NCBI GenBank assembly: GCA_031835245.2
Contig: JAVKOQ020000024.1
Location: 62,001 to 126,000, forward strand
Origin: Balamuthia mandrillaris
Lineage: Eukaryota
Reading direction: 5' to 3'
DNA: 64,000 nt
A program made the translations under genes and the position numbers. The notes under the pieces were generated by a model, which worked only from the letters and a program-made list of their open reading frames with translations, ran no database searches and had not been told where the DNA came from. Shown here one piece after another: positions 1-13,095 of the stretch; the first letter of the stretch is position 1, and each line of letters begins with the position of its first letter.

Positions 1-403
1 TGTTTACTGGTACGTTCTCTTCGTCTAGGGTTCTGCTTCTGCTTCTGCTTCTGTTTCTGCTTCTGCTTCTTTGAGATTTTTTTTGTTCTCTTATTGATTT
101 TCTCCTCCCCAAAACGATAGCTCTTTGTTCCGGCACGAATTATTCAGAGAGAGGCAAAAGCATCGTTGGAGCATGTTTCCTGCTCAGTCGTTGCTTCTGC
201 TGCACAAGATAAGCGCTGTTTGGGTGCAACGCCTCAGCTACTTCCTTCTCTTCTTCCCTGAACAAACCAGCGATCTCGACCTGCTGCGTATGCTGGAACG
301 TAACCTCCGTCAACACTTGAATGTTCTGCAAAGTGTTGCTACAGCATCTGCTTCATCATCCTCTTCAACTTCTTCTCCATCCTCCTCCTCCAACTCCAAG
401 TAA
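1..403 (+). CDS. 3' end of an unidentified gene (intron ~10-120, terminal exon 121-403)
   Basis: GTACGT donor at 10 and TAG acceptor at 120; splicing gives a continuous frame VYC-SLFRHELF…SSSNSK*. No family recognised. Confidence 0.5.
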
Positions 404-428
404 CAAAACTCTTGTTTAAAAACTCTAT

Positions 429-787
429 TCAATAATTTTTTGGAGGAAGCAAGAACCGAAGAACAGAGTCCAAAACGAGCATGCCACGTTGCGTGGGATG
501 AAGCGATAGTTCTTCCTCTTTGCCTCCTCTTCCTCCTCGTTCAAGAAAACCTTCTGTGATAAGTGTTTGTATTTTGTCTTCTCCAAAAGCCTTTTGTAGT
601 CGTTGTTTAGCATGCGATGAAGGAGAAGCAAGAACGTTGAAAAAAAAACCTAACCTGATCGAAGGAAAGTCCATTCGAATGTTGCTTGAACCTCTGTTCA
701 GAGATCCCTTGGCATAACCTAAGTCCATTCAACAGCACTTCCTGTAGCGTGCAATTATCAGTTTATGTTTGTCCAAGAGAAAAGCGA

Positions 788-831
<44 letters not shown>

Positions 832-1695
832 TCCGTTCTTCAGTTGTTAGAGTTTCATGCTCATCAATACCATGCCCTTTTCCTTCCACACTCTCCATCC
901 ACTTGTTGTAATGCTTCACCTATGATATGACACATGTTTTTTAGAGAAGAAAGACTGAGACGATTACGAAAACTAGAACACAATGAACAAAGGAAAAGAA
1001 CAGACCTGTTTAAAGGCGTAACGAACGTTGTTGCCATCTGTCAAACGACCGGAAGCACCAGGGCCAGCACCTATCCAATCCTCGGAGTGCCAATACGCCA
1101 AGTTATGCCTTTTTTATTTTCGTTGTTATTGTTGTGTTGGTTTAATGTCGTTGGAAAGGGTTGAAAGGCAAAAACAAAAGCAACGGACCGACATTGCTGA
1201 CCATCCATCGCAAAGTTGGATACTTCGTATTGCTTGAAACCGGCCGCAGATGTCACTTGCTGCGTCACTTCGTATAGATCCGCTGCAAAGTCGTTTTCGA
1301 CCCATTCCACCTCTTTTTGTTTTGTTGGTGAGCAGCATAACCCAAAAAGATATCACGATAACGAGAAATGTAACCAAACTTGGTTTTCTGCTATCGCTGA
1401 TGCTGGGATGAAGAGCACGTCTGTAAAACTCGGTGCCCGGCTCAAGCGTTAACGTATAGAGCGACAAGTGTGAAGTTCCCAGCTTTACTGCCTCCTATTC
1501 TCGTTAACGTTGTTATTCAAAACGAGTACATAAAATACAAATGGACGAATAAGCAAAACGAAAAGCGAACCTGTAGTTCTTGTCGCCATAGCTCAGGCGT
1601 TTGTTTGCCGTGCCGAGCATAAATGAGGTCGAAAGATACTCTATCAAATAGTCCTAATGCTCCTTCTATCACTCGTTTGGCCTCCTTTAAGAGAG

Positions 1696-1740
<45 letters not shown>

Positions 1741-2199
1741 AAAGAAGAAGAACAGCATGAAGAATAAGTATCATAGAAAGAAGAACGAATTTGAGGATTG
1801 GAGAACCAAAGAACTAAGAATAATGAAGAAAGAAAATAAAAACCTGAACGGAATGCGCTCTGCCCAGGAAAGCAAGGTCATCCTCCCGCAACGACTGAAC
1901 GCCAATGCTCACCCTATTAACACCGCTTTGCTTAAAGTCTTTTAACTTTTTTGCTTCTGCTGACTGTTTTGTGCGCGTTTCGTTACATTTTAACACCCAA
2001 AACAAACAAGCAAGCAAACAAGAAAGAAAGAAACGACAAGAAAGAAAGAAAGAAAGAAACGACAAGAAAGAGAATTACTGTGGGATTTGCTTCCATGGTG
2101 ACCTCCACATCAGCGGCCACATTCCACCGTTTGTTGATGTGTTCCATTATTCCTCCAAATATTTTCGGCTTTTTTTTTTGTTTGCGAAGAGAGAGAGAT

Positions 2200-2281
<82 letters not shown>

Positions 2282-2610
2282 GAACGTACAGAAGCAAGAG
2301 AAGGAGTGCCGCCCCCAAAAAAGACGGAGGTGACCTTCCGGTCCTTCACTGCAGAGTCCCCGAAATGAAAGTAAAAGTGGTCCAGCTCGGAGCGAAAACA
2401 GCGCAGCATCCGCTCTTCATCAACGTCCGCCGCCAAGTAGCGATTAAAGTCGCAATAGGGACAGATCCGACTGCAAAAAGGCCAATGCACGTAGATCGAC
2501 AAAGAGGAAGGAGAACAAGAAACGGAACGGATGGAGTGGCGCCGCCGTGGGTGTGACGGAGCGTTGCTGCGGCAAGCAAACATGCGAGAAGCTAGTTTGC
2601 GTTTCATCAT
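429..2610 (-). CDS. RSAD1: Radical SAM heme chaperone HemW/RSAD1 (HemN-like), multi-exon, with probable mitochondrial presequence
   Basis: LSIYVHWPFCSRICPYCDFN (CxxxCxxC), SVFFGGGTPSL, GVNRVSIGVQSL, DRVSFDLIYAR, YEVSNFA and IGAGPGASGR spread over exons; Arg/Ser-rich N-terminus. Confidence 0.92.
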
Positions 2611-2884
2611 TTTTTGTTGTTTTTCTTCTTTCTTTGGAATGTTTGGAATGAAAACTATTTGCTTTACCGAAGTTTGATTTCCATCTAATCAACCGTCCAA
2701 TAGACAATCAAACAACAAGCTTTAAATACTGATCTAGATCAAGATTTTCGATATTTTGAATATTCTATTCGATATTTCGTGATACCCAGTAGACAATCTA
2801 AATTTTTCAACTATCATATTTATTATTTCGATTTTTGGATATTTTAAGTGATAATTCGTTATAATTTTCGATTATTTGTGATTA

Positions 2885-3602
2885 TTAGGTGTCTGGCTGG
2901 AAGTAGGCGAGCAACCGAGCAGGCACTTGCTGGCGGTTCTCTCTGGAGACATGCCACAGCTCCAGCACGTCCCCATCCCGCCGCTTCAGCCCCTCGATGA
3001 ACGGAATGGTGGTGCGCAGGGCAATGGTGCCAACCATGAAGCAGTGGTTGGCGGGCTCCGCGACGTGCTCCACCAGCTGCTCCACCAGGGAGCAGAACTG
3101 CCTGGAAAAGCATTCCATCTTTCCTATCTCGTCTATCACTATCAACGTTGGTTCCTTCCTCTCCTGTTGCTGCTGAGCAGAGGCCGCTGCAATGAAGGGA
3201 TGGAAAAAAAAGTGGTGAGAGTGGAACGGACAAAAGGGAAAGGAAACGAAAGCAGGACGAAGGGTTGGTGCCTGCTGCAATGGCAGCTACGCTCAATTCC
3301 GGAAGGACGGCATGGTCCAGGGCTTCTACGTCCACCCCGTACTTGCCCACCCTATGCTTGGATGAGTGAATGTTTTCATGGGCCAACACCACCGTTTGTT
3401 TGTGGTGCAAGGTCTCTATCTTGAAGCCTTCCCTCGCGCGCCCTCTCCCTTGTTGTTTTCTTATCTCCTTGGTCACAAAGCCAAAGCAGCTGGAAGGAGA
3501 GCGTTGCTGCCATTTGGATACAAAGGTCTCCACAGCGGTCGTTTTGCCAACGCCCGGTGGCCCCGTCAGCAGCACGATACGCTTTGGCGTCGATGCAGCC
3601 AT
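2885..3602 (-). CDS. NTPCR: NTPase_1 / cancer-related nucleoside triphosphatase (NTPCR-like), one intron
   Basis: Walker A LTGPPGVGKTT, GFVTKEIR, RVGKYGVDV, and Walker B LIVIDEIGKME in the second exon. Confidence 0.9.
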
Positions 3603-5660
3603 TCCTCTTTCTTTGTCTGCCAGGCTCTATAGTGTTCCCCTATAAAAATTTTTGCCAATTTTACCCCCAAATTTCCTGGTGTGATTATTTGCCGACACAA
3701 ATTTTCTAACCTGCCAGTCGATATTTGAAAATATTTTCACCCGGTCTCGCGGTGGCCAAGGGGAGGTTATATCTGTCGACATCAATTAGTGTCGATAAAG
3801 TGGCATTTTTTATTGCCGCCATTTTTTTTTCTCTCTTTTTTTTTGGAGAGAAGAGCAGACGAAAGGGGGCGGTGGCACGGATGCACCGGCGAGCGCAAGG
3901 GTGAACCCGTTTGCCCTTCTGCTCGCTCCGTCCGCCACCAGCTCATCTTCCTCTTCTCTCCTTCTCCCCAAATATTGTTTTGTTAAATTGAAAGCAGATC
4001 GGTTGGTCTGAATCCCCCCGCCCCGATTAAAAAGAGAGAGAATGTCGAGAGAAACAAAAACATCGATTGAAAGAGTGGTGGTCGATGAGCGAAAAACAAA
4101 ATGGATTGAAATAGGATGAGTTGGATAAAGAGTTGCGAGGGAAAAAAAAAACAGGAAGAAGAAGAAGAAGAAGGCCATTTTTACAAAGAGAAGATGAGAC
4201 TTTGGATCAAAAACAACAAAGAGAAAGAAGAAGAACGGAAATCTTGGGAGAGAGACAAAGTGAAAAACAAAAAAGGTTTTAAAGGGAATGCTGGAGCGGA
4301 GGAACGGGGATTGAACGGAGGGAGAACATAAAGAAGCTTCAACGAGACCCCGGAAAAAAAAGAGAACGAGAAAAAAATAGAGGCGAGAGAAGAGAAGGAA
4401 AGCCGGATGGGTGGAGCGATAGCTGAAGCAAGAGAGAGCAAAAAAGACCTCAACAGGAGTGAAGAGAGAGCATCACTTTCTTCTTTTTCTTCTTCTTTTC
4501 CTCTCTTCTTCTTCTTTGCCGATCCCCCCAACCCCAGGTGAAGCGACCATTAAGAAGCAGGAAAAAAAAAGTTGGAGAGGAGAAAAAAAAAGAAGGAAAG
4601 GAAGAGAACATCTTCTTTTCTTTTTTTTTTCCGTGCTTTTTGTTTTCTGCTCTTTGGCGTTCGTTTTAACCCTAACCTAGAGGAATGGGAAAAAGGAGTT
4701 AACAAAAGAGTGGGAGCCTCTCCCATTCTCTCTTCTTCCCTTGTTTCTTCATCCATCATGGAGGGTGTAATCTTTTGGTGGTCCCCGATTTTCATCGTCA
4801 CCCTCCTTTTGTGTGGTGTCTTTCTTCTCCTTCTACTTCCTTCTTCTGAGAAGAAGCAGAGGAAGAGGTAAAGTCCCACACGACAACAAAAAAAATCCAA
4901 CAAGAAAACGGGACTCTCTTGGTTGTGGGTGGCGAGAAGAAAGAAGGAAGAAGGAAACAAAAAAAAAGGAAAGCGTGTTAGTCTCTCTCTCTTTTGCAAC
5001 GGTCTTCTCTCTTGTTTTTTTTTATCCGCTCTCCTCCTTTCTTTATTTTCTTTTCCATGACTCTCTTGTTTCCTCTCTCTTTTGGGTCCACGACTTGTTG
5101 TTTCTCTGTTTGGACCTCTTTCTCCCTATTTCTTCGCTCGCCTTCCGCTGCTTTGGCCTTTCTGTCTTTCGACGCTTTCTTGTCTCTTCCCGCTTTGCTC
5201 ACTCAACGAGAGCCGATGGCTGTTCTCTCTTCTCATTCTCTGTTTGCGCTTCTTTGTCTCTCCTTTTCTCTGGTCTTTGTTTTTTTTCTTGCTCGTTGCA
5301 GAAGCGAAAAAGAGCAGTGAAGGGTCAAAGGAAGAAGAAGAAGAGGATGCTACCTTTTTTTTCTCTCTCCTTTCTGAAGAGAAATGATAAAAAAACAGAA
5401 AGAAAAGATGTTCTCCCGTTTGCCTAACCAGCACATCGAGTTACATCAGAGGTTCTTCCTCGCTTTTTTTTTTCTGGTTTTTTGTCTTCTCCGACGAAGT
5501 TTTTGGCGAGAGAAAAAAAATGACCAGCAGATGACTCTCTTGTACTTCCTTCCTGATATGCTCTTTTTCAAAAGGCTTCTCCCTCGCTTCTTTTATCTCT
5601 GATTTCTTTCTTTTTTTTTCATTTCGCTATACCGCTGTTAACTTTTTTTTCTTTCTCTCG

Positions 5661-5695
<35 letters not shown>

Positions 5696-5978
5696 TCTCT
5701 CCTCTCCATTGTTGTGCGAATAAAAAAACCACGCATTCCACCTCTGTCTCAAACAGCGATTTTGGCGGGAAACGACGTCAGGTGACCCACTCGTGTCGAC
5801 ACTACGCGCAAGAGAAGAGAAGAAAGAAGAGAACGAAGCGAGAGAGAGGAAGAGAGACGCCAAGGTTTGTTTTTAGGTGTTATAGGTTAAATAAAAATAG
5901 AAAGGCAACCCACTCTCTTGCGCAACGAAGCACAAGGGTGCGAGTCACATAAATAAGAAGGTCAAAAAATTACTCTTT

Positions 5979-7196
5979 TTAGAGGTAGTTAGCTACATCG
6001 GCGGGCATGGGTTCGATTTGAGTGTCATAGTATCTCTCGAGCTCGCGAAGCTCCCTCATGTCCTCCGCCGTCACAAAGTTGATGGCAAGACCCTTACGAC
6101 CAAAGCGTCCGCTACGGCCGATTCTGTGGAGGTAGTTCTCCTTGTTCCTGGGCAAGTCGTAGTTGATGACCACGGACACCTGCTGGACGTCGATACCACG
6201 GGCCAACAAGTCGGTGGTGATCAAGACACGGCTGCTGCCGGTCCTGAACTCCTCCATGATCTTCCTACGGTCGGCGGGGTCGATGGAGCCGTGGGTGGCG
6301 GAGACGGTGAAGTTGTCGCGGGTCATCTTGTCGGTGAGCCAGTCGACCTTACGCCTGGCATTACAAAAGATGACTGCCTGTGTGATGTTGATATCATTGT
6401 ACAAATCGCAGAGGGTCTCGTATTTCCACTGCTCCCTCTCGCAGTTGATGTAGAACTGGTTGATACCCTGAAGGGTAAGCTCCTCTTGCTTGACGAGAAT
6501 GTTGACAGGGTTGTTCATGAACTTGGTGGTGATGTCCAGGCACTCGGGGGGCAAGGTGGCGGAGAAGATGCCCACTTGCACGGTGGAGGGAAGCGTGGTG
6601 AAGATGTCACGAATGATTTCCTCGAAACCCTTGCTCAACATCTCGTCGGCCTCGTCCAGCACAAACATCTTGATCTTCTCGGCGTTGAGAACGTTGCGGC
6701 TGATCATGTCATAGACACGGCCGGGCGTTCCGGTGACCACGTGCACTCCCTCCTTGAGGGTGTTGACGTCGTCGGTTATCCGCGTGCCTCCAGTGCAGCT
6801 GTGGCAGCGAACGCCCATGTGGATGCCCAAGCTGGCCACCACACGGTTGACCTGCTGGGCCAACTCACGGGTGGGCACAACGATAAGGGCCTGGCAGTCC
6901 TTGGCGGCGAGGTCAATCTGTTGCAGGATGCCGACGGCAAAGGTGGCGGTCTTGCCGGTACCGGATTGGGCCTGGGCGATGACGTCCTTGCCCTGGGCCA
7001 GGGGCACGATGGCTCTCTGCTGGATGGCGGAGGGCTTCTCGAAACCGTAGGAGTAGATGCCGCGGAGGAGCTCGTCGCGGAGGTTCATGCTGTCAAAGTC
7101 GGCGTAGGCCTCAGCGTCAGACTCAACCTCGATGTCGAGGTTCTTCTCGCCCTTCTCGAATTGTTGGCTGAGTTCGGCTTGCTTGGCGGAATCCAT
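5979..7196 (-). CDS. eIF4A: Translation initiation factor eIF4A (DEAD-box helicase), intronless, 405 aa
   Basis: [53 protein letters not shown]; strong GC3 bias. Confidence 0.97.
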   Translation of the reverse strand: MDSAKQAELSQQFEKGEKNLDIEVESDAEAYADFDSMNLRDELLRGIYSYGFEKPSAIQQRAIVPLAQGKDVIAQAQSGTGKTATFAVGILQQIDLAAKDCQALIVVPTRELAQQVNRVVASLGIHMGVRCHSCTGGTRITDDVNTLKEGVHVVTGTPGRVYDMISRNVLNAEKIKMFVLDEADEMLSKGFEEIIRDIFTTLPSTVQVGIFSATLPPECLDITTKFMNNPVNILVKQEELTLQGINQFYINCEREQWKYETLCDLYNDINITQAVIFCNARRKVDWLTDKMTRDNFTVSATHGSIDPADRRKIMEEFRTGSSRVLITTDLLARGIDVQQVSVVINYDLPRNKENYLHRIGRSGRFGRKGLAINFVTAEDMRELRELERYYDTQIEPMPADVANYL

Positions 7197-8394
7197 GTTT
7201 TTTTAAAAGTGTTCTGTATGCGTGCGTTGTTTTTTCAAAAGTTTAGAATAAAAAAAAAGAAAAAGTAAAAAAATCACTCTTTTTATAGATGAAAAAAGAG
7301 GAAAAAGAGGGGAGAAAGAACAAGGAATCCCATCTTTTTCTCAAGATTCCTTGTTCTGACATAAATTAAAAAAACACGCTCACAAATTTCCTCCCCCTTG
7401 TGTGTTTTCCTCACTTGTTTTTTTTCACTCACTCTTTCTTTCACTCAGCGAAAAAAAAAAATCAAGTAGCGATGAAGAAATTCATCGCCAAAACAAAAAA
7501 AAAACAAAACAAAAAACACAAACAAGAAGAGCGCGAGAGAAGAGAACACGCAGAGGGAAAAGGGAGAGAGAGAGAGAAAGCGAAAAGTAAAAGAAGTAGC
7601 AAATCGTACGTTTTTGGGGGGGGGGGGAAGCAGGAAAGCAGGAAAAGTTAAGTTTTCAAGTTCTTTACGAATAAAAGAAGAAAGAAAAAAGAAAACCAAA
7701 AAAAAAAAAGGCGCCACACCGCTGCAAAAAAAAATTAGCGCAGAGGAGAGGAGAGACCCATTTGCCGGAGTTTCGCGGCAGGCTTACGTCAGTTTCATTG
7801 ACCTGAGAAAATGGTGGGAAATGCGGAAATTTCGATGGGGCGGAATTTCTCCCCGTTTCTCTCGGCTTTTTCCGGGATGGCCGTCCTCAATTTCTGGGCA
7901 AGATCGCCAAGATTAAAATTACCCCTCAAACTTTGTCGACACCATATTCAAAAAAAGAATTTTTTTCCTTCAATTTTTTTTCCATTTCATTTTTTTGTTG
8001 CGACTTCGAAGAAGAAAGATTTTGTTTCCATCCGATCGATCCAACTCTCTTCTGTTTTTTTGAAGGGGAAACACCCTTGTCTCTTTTCCCCCTCTTTTTT
8101 TTTTGCCCTGCTTTGTTCAGGAGCAACCGGTGTTATTTTTTTGATTGATTGAATCATTCATTCAATCCAATTGCGGCTGGCATATTATAAGCCCTTTTTT
8201 TTTGATTTGATTTGATTGGAAAGACTTTTTTTAAACAACAAAGATAAAAGGGGGAAGAAAGCGCGCGATGCGTAAAAGAAGTTTGTCGATGATAAAATTT
8301 AGTACCACCAACGACGACCATTACGATAATAATATTCTTTTTCTTAATCATTCCCTAAGTAGTAGTAGCGACGTTGTTTCGATATAAGCCTGCC

Positions 8395-9047
8395 ATGATG
8401 CAACCCACCACCACCAACTCGGGACCCATCGATCCCCGCGCCAAGACCGCTGACGGGTCTTCTCTTTCTTCTTCTTCCTCGCCTAACGATAACAACAACC
8501 TCCCTTCTTCTGCCGTCTCGAATCAACACAGCAGCAATACCACGCAGCAACCACCACCACCGCCACAACAGCTGCTTCACTTGACGCACCTGCCGGACGA
8601 GCTGCTGGTGGCCCTGCTGTCGTACCTGCCGGTGCAGGACCTGTGCATGCTCTCCTCCGTTTGCCGACGACTCCACTGCCTCGCCCAGGAGGAGAGCCTA
8701 TGGAAGAGCTTTTGTGAGAGGGAGGGCGCGCTGGACAAGTTCCCCGCTCTGCTGGAGCTGATGGAAGGAACGGAGGAGGACAAGGACAAGGATAAGGGGA
8801 AGGATGTGGACGAAGGAGAGCAGTCCGCCAACGACGACGACGTGGAAGAGGCCACAACGAACAACACTTGGAAGCAATGGTATAAGGAGGCCGTTAGCTT
8901 GCATTGGGTGCTGCCGGAGTGGGTCAGAAGTGATGAGATCTTATTTGACGAGAGCAAACTCACTGCGACACGCAGTGACGCTGTCCTTGGTTGGCATGGT
9001 CATACCCTCTTCCGCGCCAATCGCGCTTGGTCCTCTGGTTTGTTCTG

Positions 9048-9087
<40 letters not shown>

Positions 9088-10020
9088 TTCTCTAAACTAA
9101 ATGTATTTTCAAACCAAAACAGGACGCCATTACTGGGAGGTCAAAGTGGACGTTTGTCACCAACAGATCTTTATCGGGGTAATTTCAGCCCACTATCCGC
9201 GCGTACCTTACATAGGTGGCGGTTGGGGATGGTCCATCTGTCCGTTCGGTCCTTACGCCCAAGGCGAAGGCAGAGACAATGTCCGCATGCAACTTTCCCC
9301 CAAGTACACCAGCTTCAACAGCGGAGATGTTATTGGTAAGAAAGCTCACTTTCCTCTCGCCCTGTTTACCTTCTATCCCCACCCTTCTTTTTTGTTATTC
9401 TTTCTTCTTATGATATGTCCTAAATCGATGCAATTTTTCAGGTATTGAGCTGGACTGTGACAACGGCTCCATAAGCTTCTGGCAAAACGATGTCTTTCTG
9501 GGTACTCCATTCCGTAATTCTCAGGAAATCCTTGCCAAGAGACCCTTGTATGCTTACTGCCCCTCTCTCCTTTACCACTCTCTCTTTTACACCTTTTATT
9601 CGCATCACCTTTCTAAAATTCTTTTATTATTTTAAAGATGTGCTGCTGTGTCGATGATGAGCAGAGGAGAGCGCTGTACGGCCAATTTCAAAGCAAAGAG
9701 AAGAAAGAGCGCCGAGCAAGAGGAACCCGTATTGTGCACGCGATATCGTAAGCCTTCCTCTTCATTTTTTTCAAAACTCAAACAAGTTTTACTAAACTCA
9801 TCCTCCTTTTGCTCTTTTTTTTCTGTACGTTTATTTGGGTGTGTGGACGAATGTAGAACCGTGGGCAATACCAAGAAGGATCTCTGCTGTGACTACACCA
9901 CCAACGGCTTCGCAAGCCGCCTCCGGAGGAATAGAAGCCGGGACGACGCCGCCTCTATCCACATCACCTCCCTCACGAAAGCCTTCCACCCTTTCTTCCT
10001 CTCTCATCATTTCTGTTTGA
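8395..10020 (+). CDS. F-box + SPRY domain protein, multi-exon
   Basis: F-box LTHLPDELLVALLSYLPVQDLCMLSSVCRRL; SPRY-like GRHYWEVKV…FIGV…FNSGDVIG|IELDCDNGSISFWQN. Last exon inferred from phase-compatible splice sites. Confidence 0.8.
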
Positions 10021-10113
10021 CCAGAGGACCTCTCTCTTCTCGGCTCCGCTTCCTCCTCTCTTATCCCCTCTTTTGTCTTTTCCCTCTGAACTGTAAATAT
10101 TATTTCGTTTGCT

Positions 10114-11285
10114 TCATTCACTCCATCTCACAAAAGGAAGATACCCCGAACACTTCGTTTCGCCACACAAACATTTCAGCCTTTCCTCTCCAACCACTTC
10201 TTGTGCTTCTTGGTTCCTCATGACGGGAGGAAGGAAAGAGCCGTAGTGAAAGGTAAGCTCTTCTCCTTTGGCGATGTCTCGCAGGGAAAAGAAGGCGGCC
10301 TTGGGAATGAGCGAGCTTGAACGCACAAGAAACAGGGCAAGGTTGGGTCTGCAGGAGTGGTTGAACAAGCGGCTGGCATTGCCTTTGTGGAACGCATCGA
10401 TGTTGGTACTGACCACTCTCTCTTTGCCACCACTGCCCCAAAGCCAAAAACGTTAGCGACGCCCAAAGAAGAGGAAAGGAAAGCAATGGAAAGGACTTGA
10501 CTCACAGGTGCATGTGCTCTTGAATGGTGAGGAGGTAGTTGGGAAGGCCCAGGCGAGAGCGTTCCTGCCAGCGGGAGCGAGCCGTGGCGGTGGGGATGAC
10601 CTCTCCAGCGTATTCACAAACAAAAGAGGCCTGCGGGATGGCAGCCAAGGCACGCATGCCCCAGCCCTTGTGCTCATCGTGGAATGCTTCCAGTGGGAAT
10701 GGAAGGCTGTTGCGTTGGCCTACGAGCATGCACTCCCTCCTGCCGCCTCTAGCTGCACACCCGCACTCCTCCCAACACTCAAATAGGGGTTGGTCATAAT
10801 CTTTGTCCTCTTCCTCCTCCTTGGTGGTGGCAACTGTTCCTAACGTGGAGGATGACTCTCCTCTTTCTTCTTCTGCTACGCGCTCTTCATTGTCTAGCAG
10901 CAAACGAAGACGCAGTGTCCCGTCCTGGTGGCGAACGTAGCAGGGTGTGGGCATGCGGGCCAAGCAGGGGCAACAAGACTGACTCGTTGGTGTTGTTGTT
11001 GGGCAACAAGTGCCCCCACCACCACAGCAACAAACACAAAGGCAGGGCTCATAGATACAAAAGGGCCGGAGGTCCACTCCCTCCCCCGCAACTGCTGAAT
11101 CTATGTACTGCTTGCGGGTCCATCCAACAACAACAAGTTTTGCTTGTGCGTGTTGTTAGGAAGGAGGATGAACGTGATAAATAAAACAAAAAACAAAAGA
11201 GATGTACCGTAAACTGAGGAAGCGTTCTGGTCCTGTCCTGTTGGCAAACAGCGAACTTGCAGTCTTCTTGTTGTTGTTGGGCCAT
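10114..11285 (-). CDS. SET-domain lysine methyltransferase with pre-SET and post-SET (SETMAR/SUV39-like), 3 exons
   Basis: Cys-rich pre-SET, KGWGMRA, FVCEYAGEVI, GNASRLFNHSCRPN, ELTFHYG, post-SET CLCGETKCSGYL. Confidence 0.9.
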
Positions 11286-11530
11286 ATGGGGATTTTCTTT
11301 TCTCCTCCTTTTGTGCTGTTCGGATTTGTTGTCGACATCTGGGCTTAAATCGAATAATATATCGCCATTTTCCCCAAATATAATAATTAGTCGCAAATAT
11401 CGACTTTTTTGAATTTGTTGCGAAAATTTGCAAAATTTGTCGACGTTTATTATTATCATTGTTTTTGTAGACCAGCCAAGCTTCTAAAAAAAAATTGGAG
11501 ACAGAAGATCAAAACAATAGTCGTAACAAG

Positions 11531-11711
11531 ATGTCGTTGTCGAGAAACAAGTTGGAAGGGGAGGAGAGGAAGGCAAGGCTGGCAGAGGTGCCAGAGTGGA
11601 CGGAGGTCACGGAGGGAAGGGACGCCATAAAGAGGACTTTTCTCTTCAAGGACTTCAAGGAGGCTTGGGCTTTTATGGGCAAAGTTGCTGAGAAGGCAGA
11701 AGAGGTTTCTT

Positions 11712-11754
<43 letters not shown>

Positions 11755-11974
11755 TTTCACTTCCCCCTCTTCATTCTTTTCTTTCCACTTTCACATTTTG
11801 ATTTGTTGTTTTGCTGTAATGCTTCAACCAAAACAGCTGGACCATCACCCAGAATGGTTCAACGTCTACAACAGAGTGGAAGTCACGCTGGCCACTCACA
11901 CCTGCAACGGTGTGTCCGAGTATGACATTGTGCTCGCCAAAGCCATGGACCAATTCGCCAAACAACAGCAGTAA
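11531..11974 (+). CDS. PCBD: Pterin-4-alpha-carbinolamine dehydratase, intron 11705-11836
   Basis: AIKRTFLFKDFKEAWAFM…KAEE|LDHHPEWFNVYNRVEVTLATH. Confidence 0.95.
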
Positions 11975-12154
11975 AAAGCAGACGACGATATGCTTTTCTC
12001 CTCTGAACCCATTTTCTGCATGACGTCATCTCCGTGAGAATGACGTCGGTTTATCCCAAAAAAGGATGATATTACGTCATGATAATTCGAGGGGTCATTC
12101 GTGTCGCTTCGAGAAAGAAACAAAGAAGGAAGCGGGAAGAGAGCAAGAACCAGA

Positions 12155-13027
12155 ATGAACAGGACGGAGCTGTTCGTTCGGCGGTTGGCCCTCCGCATGC
12201 AACGGCGGAAAGGAATGGTGTTGATAGTGGGCGCGTTGGTTCTGTTGGGTCTGGTGTGGTTCTTCATGGGGTCCTTTCGTCAAGTCACAACGGAAAGCGG
12301 CTATTCCAGTCGGAAGGTTATGAAGCACAACCCTTCTTCTCTGGGAAAGCCAAAGACGGATGCCACCCACATAAATGATAACGAGAGAGTAGTTGATGAT
12401 GACGAAGAAGAGCTTTACATTTTTCCTCCAAACAAAAATAAACCGTGGCAGCTTTTCGACTGGCCTTGGAACGATGACATGGACGACTGGAACAACAATA
12501 ACTTGGACGACTCCGACGCGGAAGAAAAATGGGAAACGTTTACTGTCTTTGGGATGGGCGTGGTGGACGCTGAAGCAGGAGAGACGGCCGAGTTTCACAT
12601 CATCCCTCCTCCCTTCTTGCTTCGACGGTTCCAAGGTAGGAAACAAGACCTTTTGGCCCAGGTCGAACTGTGGTTCAACAGAAGAGAAGCAAGCGATGGT
12701 TCAAGAATTGCTGCGGAATGGGTTGAGGTCGTGGACGGCTTTCCTGGCAAAGAAGATGAGAACATTCCGGTAGAAGCGCTGCCAAAAGACTCAAAGTCGG
12801 GAAAGCTCCTGTTGGGAGAGGTTCATCCTAACTTTCTGGAGCACGGCGGATTTACCGTTCGGTATAAGATTCATGTAGTTGGTGCGTTCTCTCTTGTGAC
12901 TTCTCTTGTTTTCTTTCTATGTTTGCCCTCTCGTTCAGTTCCGTTTTTCTCTCTCCTTCTCGACTTCTGCTCTTAGCTCGTACCTTCTCTTGTGCTGTAG
13001 TTTTTCTTTTTTCTCCCAATTTTGGCA

Positions 13028-13095
<68 letters not shown>

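Noticed and set aside
4667..4678. AACCCTAACC telomere-like sequence
   Set aside because: Fewer than two units; better explained as a branch-point/acceptor region or chance.
6018..7268. 416-aa + strand ORF opposite eIF4A
   Set aside because: Antisense shadow of a gene with strong GC3 bias; no motifs.
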